Positions 1-9,620 are shown, counted from the first letter of the stretch. The stretch is DNA of 64,000 bases from a virus (IMGVR_UViG_3300031994_000039:1-64000), one strand, 5' to 3'. Made by a program: numbers and translations. The notes: generated from the letters alone by a model not told the origin.

Positions 1-1
1 T

Positions 2-217
2 ACAATATCAAATACACCTTGGACAGGTGGTGGATTTTGCGTTCATAACGAAGCAATTACAACAAGAGCCGCTATCAAATCAGGCGCTGGTGGTTTATTT
101 TATCAGTGCTTAACTCCGAACAATGAAGATACTATCATCATGTTCCGTCGCAAATACGATGGATCAAGAGGTTGGGATCCGTGGTATAAATTTGACGGAG
201 GAACGCAAGTTAATTAA
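2..217 (+). CDS. 3' end of a tail-fibre/receptor-binding protein (partial, pyocin-knob-like tip)
   Basis: Open frame from the window edge: TISNTPWTGGGF...IMFRRKYDGSRGWDPWYKFDGGTQVN*. The 'R..dg..W.pW.k' ending is typical of fibre knob domains. Confidence 0.55.
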   Translation, partial: TISNTPWTGGGFCVHNEAITTRAAIKSGAGGLFYQCLTPNNEDTIIMFRRKYDGSRGWDPWYKFDGGTQVN

Positions 218-539
218 ACACTGTTACCGTAACTTTGTATGGTGCTGTTCCTCCGGTAACTACAATTGTACCTTGATTATTCTTGTTAGTAAGCGAAATA
301 CTTTTTGCAGTGATTTGTATGCATTCACAAAATACATTGTAGCTGTAATACCAATAGAATAATAAATATTCGTCATCTGTAGTTGTAGAAACTGAGCATA
401 ATCCTGAGTGACTGGTTGCAGTAGTACCAAAACCCGCAGCAGCGACAGCAGAACCAAGTAAACCTGCAAATGTAGCAGTTTCAGAAGTTATAAAATAACC
501 GGATGCACGCTTACACACCAAATCGTAGTTTGACTGATG
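210..539 (-). other. Start-less tail-fibre C-terminal cassette A (reverse orientation)
   Basis: Open frame HQSNYDLVCKRASG...VTVTVFN with no ATG or RBS; beta-rich; converges on the + strand fibre tip. Confidence 0.45.
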
Positions 540-540
540 G

Positions 541-978
541 TTAATAAGTATAATTTAACGGTATTGTCACATAATTATATTTGTTCTCGTCTTCACTATG
601 TGTTGCTTTGACTATTGTATCACCAGTTCCGGCATAGTTTGATATAAAAGCATATCCTAAAACACCATAACTCCATTCGGAACTTGATAAATAAGCAGGC
701 GTTGGTAAGCTGTGTGCAGGATAATAAGCTGGTTTTATTGCTCCTGTACTTTCCGTGTTATTAATAGGAATATAACCACTTTTTCTATGCAAAACAATGT
801 TGCCGTATATGTGATTGCCTTGCTCATAAATTTTAGTCGTTGATGCTATTTCATAATTTTCGTTTGGCGTAAAAAAGTTAGTAGAAGTTATATTTTTTGC
901 TGTTGTAAAATCAATAAGTGCATCATAATTCATACGATACGGAACAAACTTCTGTGACACACCAAATGCGGCATTGAT
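541..978 (-). other. Start-less tail-fibre C-terminal cassette B (reverse orientation)
   Basis: Open frame INAAFGVSQKFVPYRMNYDAL...YVTIPLNYTY with no ATG or RBS; shares the NYD motif with cassette A. Confidence 0.5.
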
Positions 979-1075
979 TCAATGAATAACTGAAACCAAA
1001 CGGTATATGTGTAAATAATAGGAAACAAACAGACGTACCAAATTCAAGTTTGATGGGTTAAGAAAGAGTGAGAAG

Positions 1076-1261
1076 ATGAAAATATTTGAAGGAATTATTC
1101 TGTGTTTTGCGTATGCGGGACTTGCCTTTTATCTCGGTATGGGTTTAGATGCTTTTATCGACCATATTGTATCCTATATAAAAAGGAAAAAATACGAAAA
1201 GACAGAAGAATATAAACTCACCCATGAATACTTGAAACGCATCACGAAAGGAAAAGTATGA
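1076..1261 (+). CDS. Small membrane protein
   Basis: 61-aa ORF with an N-terminal hydrophobic helix; overlaps the next ORF (ATGA). Confidence 0.55.
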   Translation: MKIFEGIILCFAYAGLAFYLGMGLDAFIDHIVSYIKRKKYEKTEEYKLTHEYLKRITKGKV

Positions 1262-1542
1262 CAGACGATGAAATGTTAGAGCTTGCAAAACAAGACAGAC
1301 CAATTTCAAGACAGGAATTAGGAATAAAAACACCCGAACAGCTAAATGCGAAAGTAAAGGCTGATATATTACGCACTAATATAATAGGTTATGTTGGTGT
1401 ACCAGTAGTCTTTATAGATTTTGCTATTGGACTTATATCAACATTACTTGGTTTAGATACCATTAGTTCTATAATGTATTTGGTGTTTGTTACTCATATT
1501 CTTAGTTTGGCTGGAATGTTATATATCGCAAGTACCGAATAA
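1258..1542 (+). CDS. Small protein with 2 TM helices
   Basis: 94 aa with two C-terminal hydrophobic segments. Confidence 0.55.
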   Translation: MTDDEMLELAKQDRPISRQELGIKTPEQLNAKVKADILRTNIIGYVGVPVVFIDFAIGLISTLLGLDTISSIMYLVFVTHILSLAGMLYIASTE

Positions 1543-1595
1543 GATAAACTGTCAGAAAAAGAACCGAACCAAATTAATTTTGTGGAGGTGAGAAG

Positions 1596-1940
1596 ATGAA
1601 ACACGGTACATGGACAACTGATAAAGTCGCATTTATGAAAACTTGTTCGGAATGTGGCGAGTCTGTTGATTTCTCACATGATTACAATTATTGTCCGAAT
1701 TGTGGCGCAAAGATGGGGTTGGAGAAAATTAACGGCAAGCTTACGGTCAAAGAACTTTATGATTTTCTGCGAGATCATGGTATAGAGAATAATTGCATTG
1801 ATATTACTTATTGTGATCCTGAAACTGGTAACATGCGTTGGATAGGTTTTTTCAATTCTAAAGCCGAAGGACTTGAAAAACATGGAAACCATGAAGTTGA
1901 CGGAGTAGACATCTACGAGAAACCAGTGAACCAAATTTGA
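1596..1940 (+). CDS. Zinc-ribbon phage protein
   Basis: GGAGG RBS; CSECG...YCPNCGAKM motif. Confidence 0.7.
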   Translation: MKHGTWTTDKVAFMKTCSECGESVDFSHDYNYCPNCGAKMGLEKINGKLTVKELYDFLRDHGIENNCIDITYCDPETGNMRWIGFFNSKAEGLEKHGNHEVDGVDIYEKPVNQI

Positions 1941-2219
1941 TTTGGTCTGTTAAGAAAGGTTGTTATCACACACCGCCATTAAAAGGAAAGTGTTTGACTA
2001 CTATTCAATAGCAATAGTGACTCTTAGCCAACAGGACTAAGCCTTCCGACTTAGGTGATATCGGTATCCGTCTTGCGGAGAATAGTGAGGAGAGCTGATA
2101 AGCCAGCAAGTTAGGTGACCTCACAAGTGGGTGTGGAATCCCCCAGCACTGCGTAAAAAGCTCAATGTGCGACAGTGTATTTTATTAATTCAAGTTTTAT
2201 TTTTACAAGGAGAATAAAA

Positions 2220-2432
2220 ATGATAAACATAGCATTAGGTAATTGGAAAGATTGCTTTAATTCTAAGGGGAAAGAACGTGAGGAGTATTTAAGTGAAATC
2301 ACTCAAAGAAACCTTGCGAGCGGTCAAAAGAATTTACAGGAACAGTTATGTGAAGCCTCCTTAAACATGGAAAATCAGATGTATACTGCTGATAGAAATG
2401 TTAAAGCAGGGATTATTTATTCGGACTTATAA
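2220..2432 (+). CDS. Hypothetical protein
   Basis: AGGAG RBS before the ATG at 2220. Confidence 0.5.
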   Translation: MINIALGNWKDCFNSKGKEREEYLSEITQRNLASGQKNLQEQLCEASLNMENQMYTADRNVKAGIIYSDL

Positions 2433-2530
2433 TACTAACGGACAGTAGCCGTGTGCTGGTGTAGTTGCGATTATGCCAGCATTGTATTCTTATATTAATA
2501 ATTATTTTGTGCTAAGGAGGTGACTTTCTG

Positions 2531-3040
2531 ATGTTCAGTAGTATCAACGGTGGTAATCCGTGGCAGTTTCAGCTTCAGAGTCTACAGCAACAACTTACTC
2601 AGTTACAAAATCAAATGACTCAGCCGAGCTTGCCACAATCGCAGCCTATGATGCAAAATATGTTTCAGCAACCGCAACCACAAATACAAACTCCGGCTCA
2701 GCCGCAGATACAGCCTGTAAACAAAAGCTCAGTACCAATCGTACACGGTAACGATGGTGCAAGATCACTCGCTTCGACCATGCTCCCGGCAAGTAGCGTT
2801 GTAGCTATGGACGCAGATGATATTATCTTTTACTTTATTGCAACTGATGCAAATGGAGTCCCTACAATGGAAGCCTACAAAGGAAAGAAGATAGAAGATA
2901 AACCTGTAATCCCGGAAGAATATGTGTTAAAGAGCGATTATGATAAGCTTCAGAATCAGGTAAAAGATTTGAGTGAAGTGGTGAATAATATAAATAAAAA
3001 TAATACTGACAAAAGTCAGCAAAGGAGAGATAATAAATGA
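2531..3040 (+). CDS. Q/P-rich phage protein
   Basis: AAGGAGG RBS; low-complexity Q-rich N-terminus; first gene of a 4-gene module. Confidence 0.7.
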   Translation: MFSSINGGNPWQFQLQSLQQQLTQLQNQMTQPSLPQSQPMMQNMFQQPQPQIQTPAQPQIQPVNKSSVPIVHGNDGARSLASTMLPASSVVAMDADDIIFYFIATDANGVPTMEAYKGKKIEDKPVIPEEYVLKSDYDKLQNQVKDLSEVVNNINKNNTDKSQQRRDNK

Positions 3041-3294
3041 ATCCTTTAGTACAACTTGTAACTAACACAGCTATGAACAATATGCCAGCCCCACAGAACA
3101 ATGTACTTATGCAGGCGTTCAAAGCTATGATGAGTGGGCAGAGTCCACAGGAATTTCTTAAAACAATTCCACAGCTCAATGGTATGGATCTGAGTAATAT
3201 TCAGAGTACTGCACAGCAGTTATGTCAGAGCAGAGGAATTAACTACGAACAGGCAAAAAATATGATTTCAAACCAGATGGCTGGTATGAAATAA
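3037..3294 (+). CDS. Small N/Q/M-rich helical protein
   Basis: ATGA overlap with the upstream gene; MNP...QLCQSRGIN motif. Confidence 0.7.
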   Translation: MNPLVQLVTNTAMNNMPAPQNNVLMQAFKAMMSGQSPQEFLKTIPQLNGMDLSNIQSTAQQLCQSRGINYEQAKNMISNQMAGMK

Positions 3295-3388
3295 ATTAGG
3301 ATCGTTACATCCTAAATCGTTGCAACGTAAATAAAGTAACAAGAAGCAGAACAAAAGAATTATTTAATTATGAAAGGTGGTCTTAATT

Positions 3389-3952
3389 ATGAATGAAAAT
3401 GGTGGATTTTTTAGCGGAGATTGGCTCGGTGCGTTCCTGATAATCGCCGTAATGTTCGGCGGTTTTAATGGTGGTTTTGGTGTTAATAATGCTGCTGCCC
3501 TTACACAGGCTGATGTTCAGGCTATGATTAACGCTCAGACCAATCAGGCGACTTTAGAAAACATTATGCTTAGCTCTGCTAATAATAACCTTGAGAACAT
3601 GAAGTCTACAAGCGATCAGACAATGTTCCTCAGCAATCAAAACAATGCTAATTTAATTAATGCCATCCAGGGCTTCAACACTGTGACAAACCAGATGACA
3701 AATGGCTTTAATAGTGTTAATCAGGGAATCTGTAACGGCACAGCAGCAATTCAGCAGTCTATATCCGACCTCGGATATAAGATGGATCAGTGTTGCTGTA
3801 GCATAAAGACAATGATGCTTGAAAACAGACTCTCTGACACACAGACTGCACTTGCTAATGCTCAGGACAGAGCTAACAATAGCGAACAGTCACAGTATCT
3901 TCTTTCAATTCTTGGCAAGTTTGTTCCAAATGCCCCGGCAGCAACAGCTTAA
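3389..3952 (+). CDS. N/Q-rich protein with N-terminal Gly-rich TM segment and CCC motif
   Basis: GDWLGAFLIIAVMFGGFNGGFG followed by a coiled coil containing QCCC. Confidence 0.7.
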   Translation: MNENGGFFSGDWLGAFLIIAVMFGGFNGGFGVNNAAALTQADVQAMINAQTNQATLENIMLSSANNNLENMKSTSDQTMFLSNQNNANLINAIQGFNTVTNQMTNGFNSVNQGICNGTAAIQQSISDLGYKMDQCCCSIKTMMLENRLSDTQTALANAQDRANNSEQSQYLLSILGKFVPNAPAATA

Positions 3953-4035
3953 TCGAAATACAACTTGCTAAAAAATACCGCCATGACTTTCTTGTAAAGC
4001 CATGACGGTTAATTTTTATTCTGGAGGGCGATTAA

Positions 4036-4500
4036 ATGAATTGTGCAGAAATTGAAAGCTATAAGTCTGAGCTCGAAAAGGGCTTAATGAAATATATGAC
4101 GATGAAGGTTGATAATAGGTCTGCAGAAGCTGTTGATTCTATGGTCAAATGCTGGCAACATATTACTGAAATGCAAAACATGATAAAGAAAGATTTTGAG
4201 TTTACTCCTGAGAAAGCGGAGGAGTGGCTGCTTAATATGATTAACGAGGACGGAACAAAAGGCCCTCATTGGAATATTACTCAGACAAATAAACTCAAAC
4301 CGCAAGGCGTACCAGATTATGTGTGGGAGGCGGCTCTTAATATGGTTTACTCAGATTACTACGCAGTGGCCGTAGCTCACGGAGTGAACACTCCTGAATT
4401 TTATGTAGATCTTGCTAAAGCATTTCTGTTCGACAAAGACGCAGGCGGTCCGCAGAAAAAGATAGCTGCTTATTATAACTGCATCGTTGATACTAAATGA
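4036..4500 (+). CDS. Conserved phage hypothetical protein
   Basis: GGAGG RBS; MINEDGTKGPHW and NMVYSDY...AFLFDKDA motifs. Confidence 0.7.
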   Translation: MNCAEIESYKSELEKGLMKYMTMKVDNRSAEAVDSMVKCWQHITEMQNMIKKDFEFTPEKAEEWLLNMINEDGTKGPHWNITQTNKLKPQGVPDYVWEAALNMVYSDYYAVAVAHGVNTPEFYVDLAKAFLFDKDAGGPQKKIAAYYNCIVDTK

Positions 4501-5222
4501 ACGGAGGGTTAGTTATGAAAGCATCTGAAATAAGAAAAGCAATAGTAAACAGGGCTAATGCAATTGTTGGAATGAGCAGATATGATTTAGGTATGCCGGG
4601 CGATTATGCATGGTGTGCTCATTTCGTATCTGAAGTTCTTCGATATGTAGGTATCAACAATATGTATGACACATCATGTACAAGGCTCCAGGCTAAGATG
4701 GATGTATCTCCAGAATGGTCAGAACCTGATGATCACCCAATTCCGGGAGACTACTTATTTTTCGACTGGGATAAAATTATAGAGCCTCTCCCTCTCGACC
4801 ATGTCGGCATCGTAGTAGATTATGACGAAAGAACAGGAACTATTACTTATGTAAATGGCAACGGCAATAGCTCTTTGCTGGTCACAAAACAGACCATGAA
4901 TATCAATAGCAAGTACATTCAGTACTGGATGAGATATACAGGAGACCAGGATATAAAGCCTCTCCCTAAGCCTGACCCTGTTCCTACTCCGGCAAAGGTT
5001 ATGTGTAAGGTTGAGCTTGAACAGCTTTCTTTTGGCTGCAAATCTCCTTCTGTTGAAACCATGCAAAACCTGCTTGCCGATGTTGGATACGGCCTTGAAG
5101 TTGATGGTATCTTTGGTGACGAAACTAAAGAAGCTTTAGCTGATTTTCAGAAAAAGAATAAACTTAAGGTTGATTCTATATGCGGAAGCAAAACCTGGAA
5201 AGCTTTAATCGAAGCTGTGTGA
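4497..5222 (+). CDS. Endolysin (CHAP amidase + peptidoglycan-binding domain)
   Basis: AWCAHFVS (Cys), DHVGIV (His), GN; PKPDPVPTP linker; VDGIFG..T..A...FQ...L.VD..CG..TW PG-binding repeat. Confidence 0.9.
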   Translation: MNGGLVMKASEIRKAIVNRANAIVGMSRYDLGMPGDYAWCAHFVSEVLRYVGINNMYDTSCTRLQAKMDVSPEWSEPDDHPIPGDYLFFDWDKIIEPLPLDHVGIVVDYDERTGTITYVNGNGNSSLLVTKQTMNINSKYIQYWMRYTGDQDIKPLPKPDPVPTPAKVMCKVELEQLSFGCKSPSVETMQNLLADVGYGLEVDGIFGDETKEALADFQKKNKLKVDSICGSKTWKALIEAV

Positions 5223-5292
5223 CGGTTCTGACACATTAAAAATTGACCGAGTGCATGAGATGGCTACAGAGCATCGGTAAATAAATCTGTAA

Positions 5293-5334
5293 AAAAATAA
5301 GGTAGTACATTTAACAGTGTACTACCTTTTTTTT
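5293..5334 (+). terminator. Intrinsic terminator, probably bidirectional, after the endolysin
   Basis: AAGGTAGTACA...TGTACTACCTT hairpin flanked by A and T runs. Confidence 0.7.
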
Positions 5335-5339
5335 CGCGC

Positions 5340-5645
5340 AAAAAAATGACACCCATTTGAATTTTGGGTGTCATTTTGGTGTCAAACAATCTCTTTTAAA
5401 GCCACCAGCCTATTACTTACGACATTCATGAAGCATATAGGACAACACAAATGAACTGTCTCTATTGCTTTAGGCGTCATTCAAACTTACGTAATTGCGT
5501 ACTTTATAAGTTCCCTCAACCCACGTACCTACGTGGCTGAACCATCGTATTTTATCCTAATTTGTCCTAATTTGTATCAGGGCATCTCAGGGCTTAATTT
5601 TTATGGCGGGTGTCAATCGGGTGAACTTTTGGGTGACAGGGTTTC
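5340..5645. other. Putative attP region
   Basis: Non-coding gap just 3' of the integrase. GGGTGTCA/GGTGTCA/GGGTGACA arm-like repeats at both ends; tandem TCCTAATTTG repeat; imperfect palindrome at 5518-5539. Confidence 0.55.
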
Positions 5646-5652
5646 GATGGTT

Positions 5653-6792
5653 TTAAAACAGATCATTCAGCTTTTCTGATTCGCTTATCTGTACGTCCTC
5701 CGTCAAATGATGATAGATGTTTAGTGTAGTATGGACGTTCTTATGCCCCAATCGCTTCTGGACGTATTTGATATCCATCCCATTTGATAGAAGTTTTGTA
5801 CAGTGTGTATGCCTCAGGTCATGAGGTCTAAACACTTTGCAGCCTCTATTCTTGTAGCTATCCAATCTCTGGTGAATGTATTTGTTTGATGCAATTAACC
5901 CTCCGGGCCTTGCACACACAAACATAAACTCGTTACCGGGAATCACACTGTTATTAATACCGACCTTATAACGCTTAGCATTATCGTATTTCTCGGCTTC
6001 GGCTTTAAGGTTGAATAAATATTCAAGGATAGAATTGTCAAGAAAAACTGTACGGCTGCTGCCGTACTTAGGAGTTGAAAAATAATACACACTATCTTTC
6101 AGAACTAACTGCTTATTAACCGTAAGACTCTTGTTCTGGAAATTAATATCATCCCAGGTCAAAGCTATTATCTCTGATAACCTTAACCCGCAATGGTATC
6201 CTATCATCAGAACAACCTCAAGTATGTCGTTTTTGAATGTTTTAAGGAATTGGTTTATTTGTTCGTCAGTGTATGCGGTATTAGGATTGCCTAGATTAGC
6301 TAAATCTCCCGGAACCTTCATATCACTGAAAGGATTAAGGGTAATAATCTTCTGCTGAACAGCATACCTGAACATCTGGTTAATAACATTTATGTTCTTT
6401 CGTATAGTGCTATGGGAAAGCCCCTGCTCTTTCATAGAGTAAATAAGCTTTTCGGCTGCCACCATGTTTACATCCTTCATCTGGTAGATGCCATACTCTT
6501 TTATAAGGTGAGCGTTAAGCACTCCTCTGTATGAAGAATAGGTAGAGTACTTTAGATTCCGTTCACAATGAAGGATATAGTTATTGGCAAAATCGGTCAC
6601 GCTTATCTCAGACTCTATAGGTGTCTCGCCGCAATTATGGTATGTAGCAAGGGCGAGCGTACCTGCTTCAAGAGCTTCTTTCTTTGTTTTAAAACCCGAC
6701 TTATAAACTCGCTTTCTTTTATCACTTTCTCTGGCAATCTCAAAATAGTACTGCCATTTGGATCCTCTTTTTCTTACATTAACTTCAGCCAT
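5653..6792 (-). CDS. int: Phage tyrosine integrase
   Basis: N-terminal arm-binding domain (KSGFKTKKEA); GLRLSE (R), HDLRHT (HxxR), RLGH and TLNIYHH (Y) motifs. Confidence 0.95.
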   Translation of the reverse strand: MAEVNVRKRGSKWQYYFEIARESDKRKRVYKSGFKTKKEALEAGTLALATYHNCGETPIESEISVTDFANNYILHCERNLKYSTYSSYRGVLNAHLIKEYGIYQMKDVNMVAAEKLIYSMKEQGLSHSTIRKNINVINQMFRYAVQQKIITLNPFSDMKVPGDLANLGNPNTAYTDEQINQFLKTFKNDILEVVLMIGYHCGLRLSEIIALTWDDINFQNKSLTVNKQLVLKDSVYYFSTPKYGSSRTVFLDNSILEYLFNLKAEAEKYDNAKRYKVGINNSVIPGNEFMFVCARPGGLIASNKYIHQRLDSYKNRGCKVFRPHDLRHTHCTKLLSNGMDIKYVQKRLGHKNVHTTLNIYHHLTEDVQISESEKLNDLF

Positions 6793-6853
6793 TTTTATTC
6801 CTCCTAAAAAAAATAGACTGAAGCAACTTTAAAAGGATTTGTTTGCCTTCTAA

Positions 6854-6882
6854 AGTATACCACAGTCTATAATATATGTCAA
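6854..6882 (-). promoter_or_regulatory. Sigma-A promoter of int
   Basis: TTGACA-17 nt-TATACT on the minus strand, with a TG extension. Confidence 0.75.
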
Positions 6883-6886
6883 CTAA

Positions 6887-7090
6887 TTAATATTGTAAAA
6901 CTGGTTCTTCTCCTCTGAGGAGCTGTTCGTCTACCAGCTTATCAAGATATTTATCCAGGTCGCGTTCTCTTACTTTCATGGTGCCGATTCTCACGGCAGT
7001 AAGTCTACCTTTCTTTATCTCGTTATATACATAGTTACGGTTGGTTCTCAGGAGTTCCGCAACTTCAGGGATAGTATAAATATGTTCCAT
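6887..7090 (-). CDS. Excisionase-like HTH protein
   Basis: YTIPEVAELL....NYVYNEIKKGRL.AVRIG; adjacent to int. Confidence 0.85.
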   Translation of the reverse strand: MEHIYTIPEVAELLRTNRNYVYNEIKKGRLTAVRIGTMKVRERDLDKYLDKLVDEQLLRGEEPVLQY

Positions 7091-7100
7091 ATTCTCTTCC

Positions 7101-7823
7101 TTACTTCAACATTGCCTTAACCTTTTCGTTCTGCAGCCATCCAGGAAATTCATCGAGCAACTGCTTGTATGTAATATCCGACGCATTCTTCACCTCAAAG
7201 AAGTCTGCATTATCCACATATCTTTCTGTGAGATCATCAAGCTTTTCAAGGAAACTGAAGCGAGCATGGCCAACGCCAACGAACTGCCAGAAGATAGGTA
7301 GCTTCGCTGCTTCTACAATAACAGGTACCGTCTTTGCCTGGTCGCTATTATCTCCATCAGTAATGAATAATACATACGAAGGTAGTTTGCTCTTCTTATA
7401 CGCATTGATTACATCATTCATTACCGGAGCATAATAGGTGCCGCCCATATCATACTTGCCGAGTATCTCACGATTTACATAATCTCCGCAGTTAGCAAGA
7501 GTTATATCCGGAAGTCTGTGATAACCATTTTCGAAAATCCACACTTCCATAGTACCATTATCGTCGAACTCCATAGCAAGTGGCAGAGTGTTTTCGATTA
7601 CTGACTGAACAGTTCCGTTATAGTATAGGTTGTCCATCGAACCAGAATAATCAAGTACCAGTCCTATCTGTGCCTTTAATCCGTTAAGTGGCTGCTTGCT
7701 CAAACAGATAGTGTGTACTTCTTCCTTCTTCTTTGTGAGGTCTATTGTCGGAGCCGGCGGCTGCTGGATTGGATTGAATTCTGTTGTGGTTTTCTTTCCA
7801 AAGATATTGTTTAATAAGCCCAT
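7101..7823 (-). CDS. vWA-domain protein (TerF-like)
   Basis: MIDAS motif LVLDYSGSM; GGTYYAPVM; FITDG; PIFWQFVGVG; VDNADFF. Confidence 0.85.
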   Translation of the reverse strand: MGLLNNIFGKKTTTEFNPIQQPPAPTIDLTKKKEEVHTICLSKQPLNGLKAQIGLVLDYSGSMDNLYYNGTVQSVIENTLPLAMEFDDNGTMEVWIFENGYHRLPDITLANCGDYVNREILGKYDMGGTYYAPVMNDVINAYKKSKLPSYVLFITDGDNSDQAKTVPVIVEAAKLPIFWQFVGVGHARFSFLEKLDDLTERYVDNADFFEVKNASDITYKQLLDEFPGWLQNEKVKAMLK

Positions 7824-7905
7824 TTCTTTTTACCATCCTTCATTTAAAGTTAAGATATTGTCTTTTATACAGCAAAACAGGGGTTAATAGTTAATATATT
7901 ACCTG

Positions 7906-8415
7906 TTATGTATCTTCATCGAGCTCGAAATCCTCCATAAAATGTTCAAGCCTGAGAAGGAATTCTTCTTCGCTCCAGTAAAACAAAGTCGATAAATCAC
8001 CGTACTTCGTTATGAAGTTTGCAAGCAACTGAGTGAATCTCCACTGCGGTACATACTTCTTATGAACAAAGCAAAGTCGTTTATAAAACTTATAAAGCCT
8101 ATCTGGATCCTTATCTATTTGGTTCTCAGTGAGCTTCCTCTGAATTTCATTGTCGATATTTTTAGGGTGTAGTATATCAGCAACATTATCAACTCGTTCA
8201 ATCTGCTGCTGTGTAGAGATATAGATAAAGCCGGAGTTCATAACACCCTTTTTATTATACAAATATTTGTCATCAAAGAACTGTTTTGTTGTACACCAAC
8301 ACTGGCGGAATGTCCCGTTTCTCGGTTCTGTGTGTTTAAGAGCTACCCACTCACGATCTTCGAAGATAAATACATCACCCATCTTTATATCGCGCGGGTA
8401 AATCATCTCGCCCAT
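7906..8415 (-). CDS. Hypothetical protein
   Basis: GGAGG RBS before MGEMIYP; C-terminal DPDRL...PQWRFTQL motif. Confidence 0.6.
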   Translation of the reverse strand: MGEMIYPRDIKMGDVFIFEDREWVALKHTEPRNGTFRQCWCTTKQFFDDKYLYNKKGVMNSGFIYISTQQQIERVDNVADILHPKNIDNEIQRKLTENQIDKDPDRLYKFYKRLCFVHKKYVPQWRFTQLLANFITKYGDLSTLFYWSEEEFLLRLEHFMEDFELDEDT

Positions 8416-8416
8416 T

Positions 8417-8902
8417 TTAATCCCTCCTGCAAACAACTACTTCGATATTCATATCTTTGAAAAGACGTTTAACCATATCACTTACTTGTGACCAGTCAAG
8501 CCTGTCGAGGCCACAGCCTATTAAAGGCATTGCTATACGGAGTATAGGTTCTTCTCCAGGATTACAAACATCTGGACATCTCTGAATAAGTTGTCCCTTC
8601 AAACTTGTAAGCGCTTCCTTCAAAGTAGTATATGTCGGTTTGTCTGAATATTTCTTTTTGGTTACGAGATTAGCGACCGCCCACGGAGAACTTGGATGTG
8701 TGACGATATGGCAGTAACCATGTCCATACCATTCATCCTGGTCGTACTTATTGCAGAGAGCTGCCTTGATACGATATTTATCACGAAAGTCTTTTGCAAT
8801 CCCGGCACCCATCGCGAAGTCTGAACTAATGCAATGGACAAGAATATAATTACTTGGCATACCAAAAAGGTCTACTTTTATCTCACGATACACCATAATC
8901 AA
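8417..8902 (-). CDS. Macrodomain protein (ADP-ribose glycohydrolase, Poa1p/TARG1-like)
   Basis: LVHCISSDFAMGAGIA, NLVTK, IAMPLIGCGLDRLDW motifs. Confidence 0.9.
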   Translation of the reverse strand: MIMVYREIKVDLFGMPSNYILVHCISSDFAMGAGIAKDFRDKYRIKAALCNKYDQDEWYGHGYCHIVTHPSSPWAVANLVTKKKYSDKPTYTTLKEALTSLKGQLIQRCPDVCNPGEEPILRIAMPLIGCGLDRLDWSQVSDMVKRLFKDMNIEVVVCRRD

Positions 8903-9162
8903 ATCACCTGTGCGTTGTTTATAACAACTTTGTTCATCTTCTTATAATGGTCAATGTACCACTCATTCTTATCCCCGTTGTAGGTTAGCTCAAAGATACA
9001 TCCCTCAGTTACGGTTGAGATAAGAATGTACTTGTAATTCTGAATTGTCTTGCACTTCCAAACCATAAACACTTCTTCTGGAGAAATCTCATAGTTGTGT
9101 CCGAATTCATTCTTTCTGTTGTTAATATACTTCGTAAGAATTGCTTTTGCTCTGTAATCCAT
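8899..9162 (-). CDS. DUF6275-like phage protein
   Basis: VFMVWKCKTIQNYK...ELTYNGDKNEWYIDHYKK pattern. Confidence 0.65.
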   Translation of the reverse strand: MDYRAKAILTKYINNRKNEFGHNYEISPEEVFMVWKCKTIQNYKYILISTVTEGCIFELTYNGDKNEWYIDHYKKMNKVVINNAQVI

Positions 9163-9163
9163 T

Positions 9164-9352
9164 TTACTTACCTTCCTCTTTCTTGAAAAATGTTTCGATA
9201 ACTCGGCCATCATAGTAATCTTTTACCTGGTCTTCTGTAAGTTCTCTTAGGCCATTGACACCATAGTGGTCAAGCATCTTAACTATTTCATCACCATTTC
9301 TGTAATCCTCACCGAGAAGTTTGATCTCGTGAAGTAATTTTGAATTAACCAA
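9164..9352 (-). CDS. Hypothetical protein
   Basis: ORF track; sits in operon orientation. Confidence 0.45.
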   Translation of the reverse strand: MVNSKLLHEIKLLGEDYRNGDEIVKMLDHYGVNGLRELTEDQVKDYYDGRVIETFFKKEEGK

Positions 9353-9458
9353 AATAATCTCCCCCTATCATGATTCTCCTACTAAAAAAGATTCCCCTAA
9401 AAACGATACGAATTTAGGGGAAAGAAATAATAGGAAATAAAATTGTTATGTCAAGTAA

Positions 9459-9620
9459 TTAGTTGAGGTCTTCAGCTGCGTCTGCAAGCCAGTCCTGAGC
9501 CATCTTGATCTGTTCGATAGCGTTCTTAATGTTTGTATTTGTGTTCTGACTTTCGAGTTCGAGAATAACCGCTCCAAGCTTTGATGAAGCCGCTTCGATA
9601 ATAGCGATATTATTATTCAT
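9459..9620 (-). CDS. Small helical protein
   Basis: GAGGTGA RBS before MNNNIAII. Confidence 0.5.
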   Translation of the reverse strand: MNNNIAIIEAASSKLGAVILELESQNTNTNIKNAIEQIKMAQDWLADAAEDLN

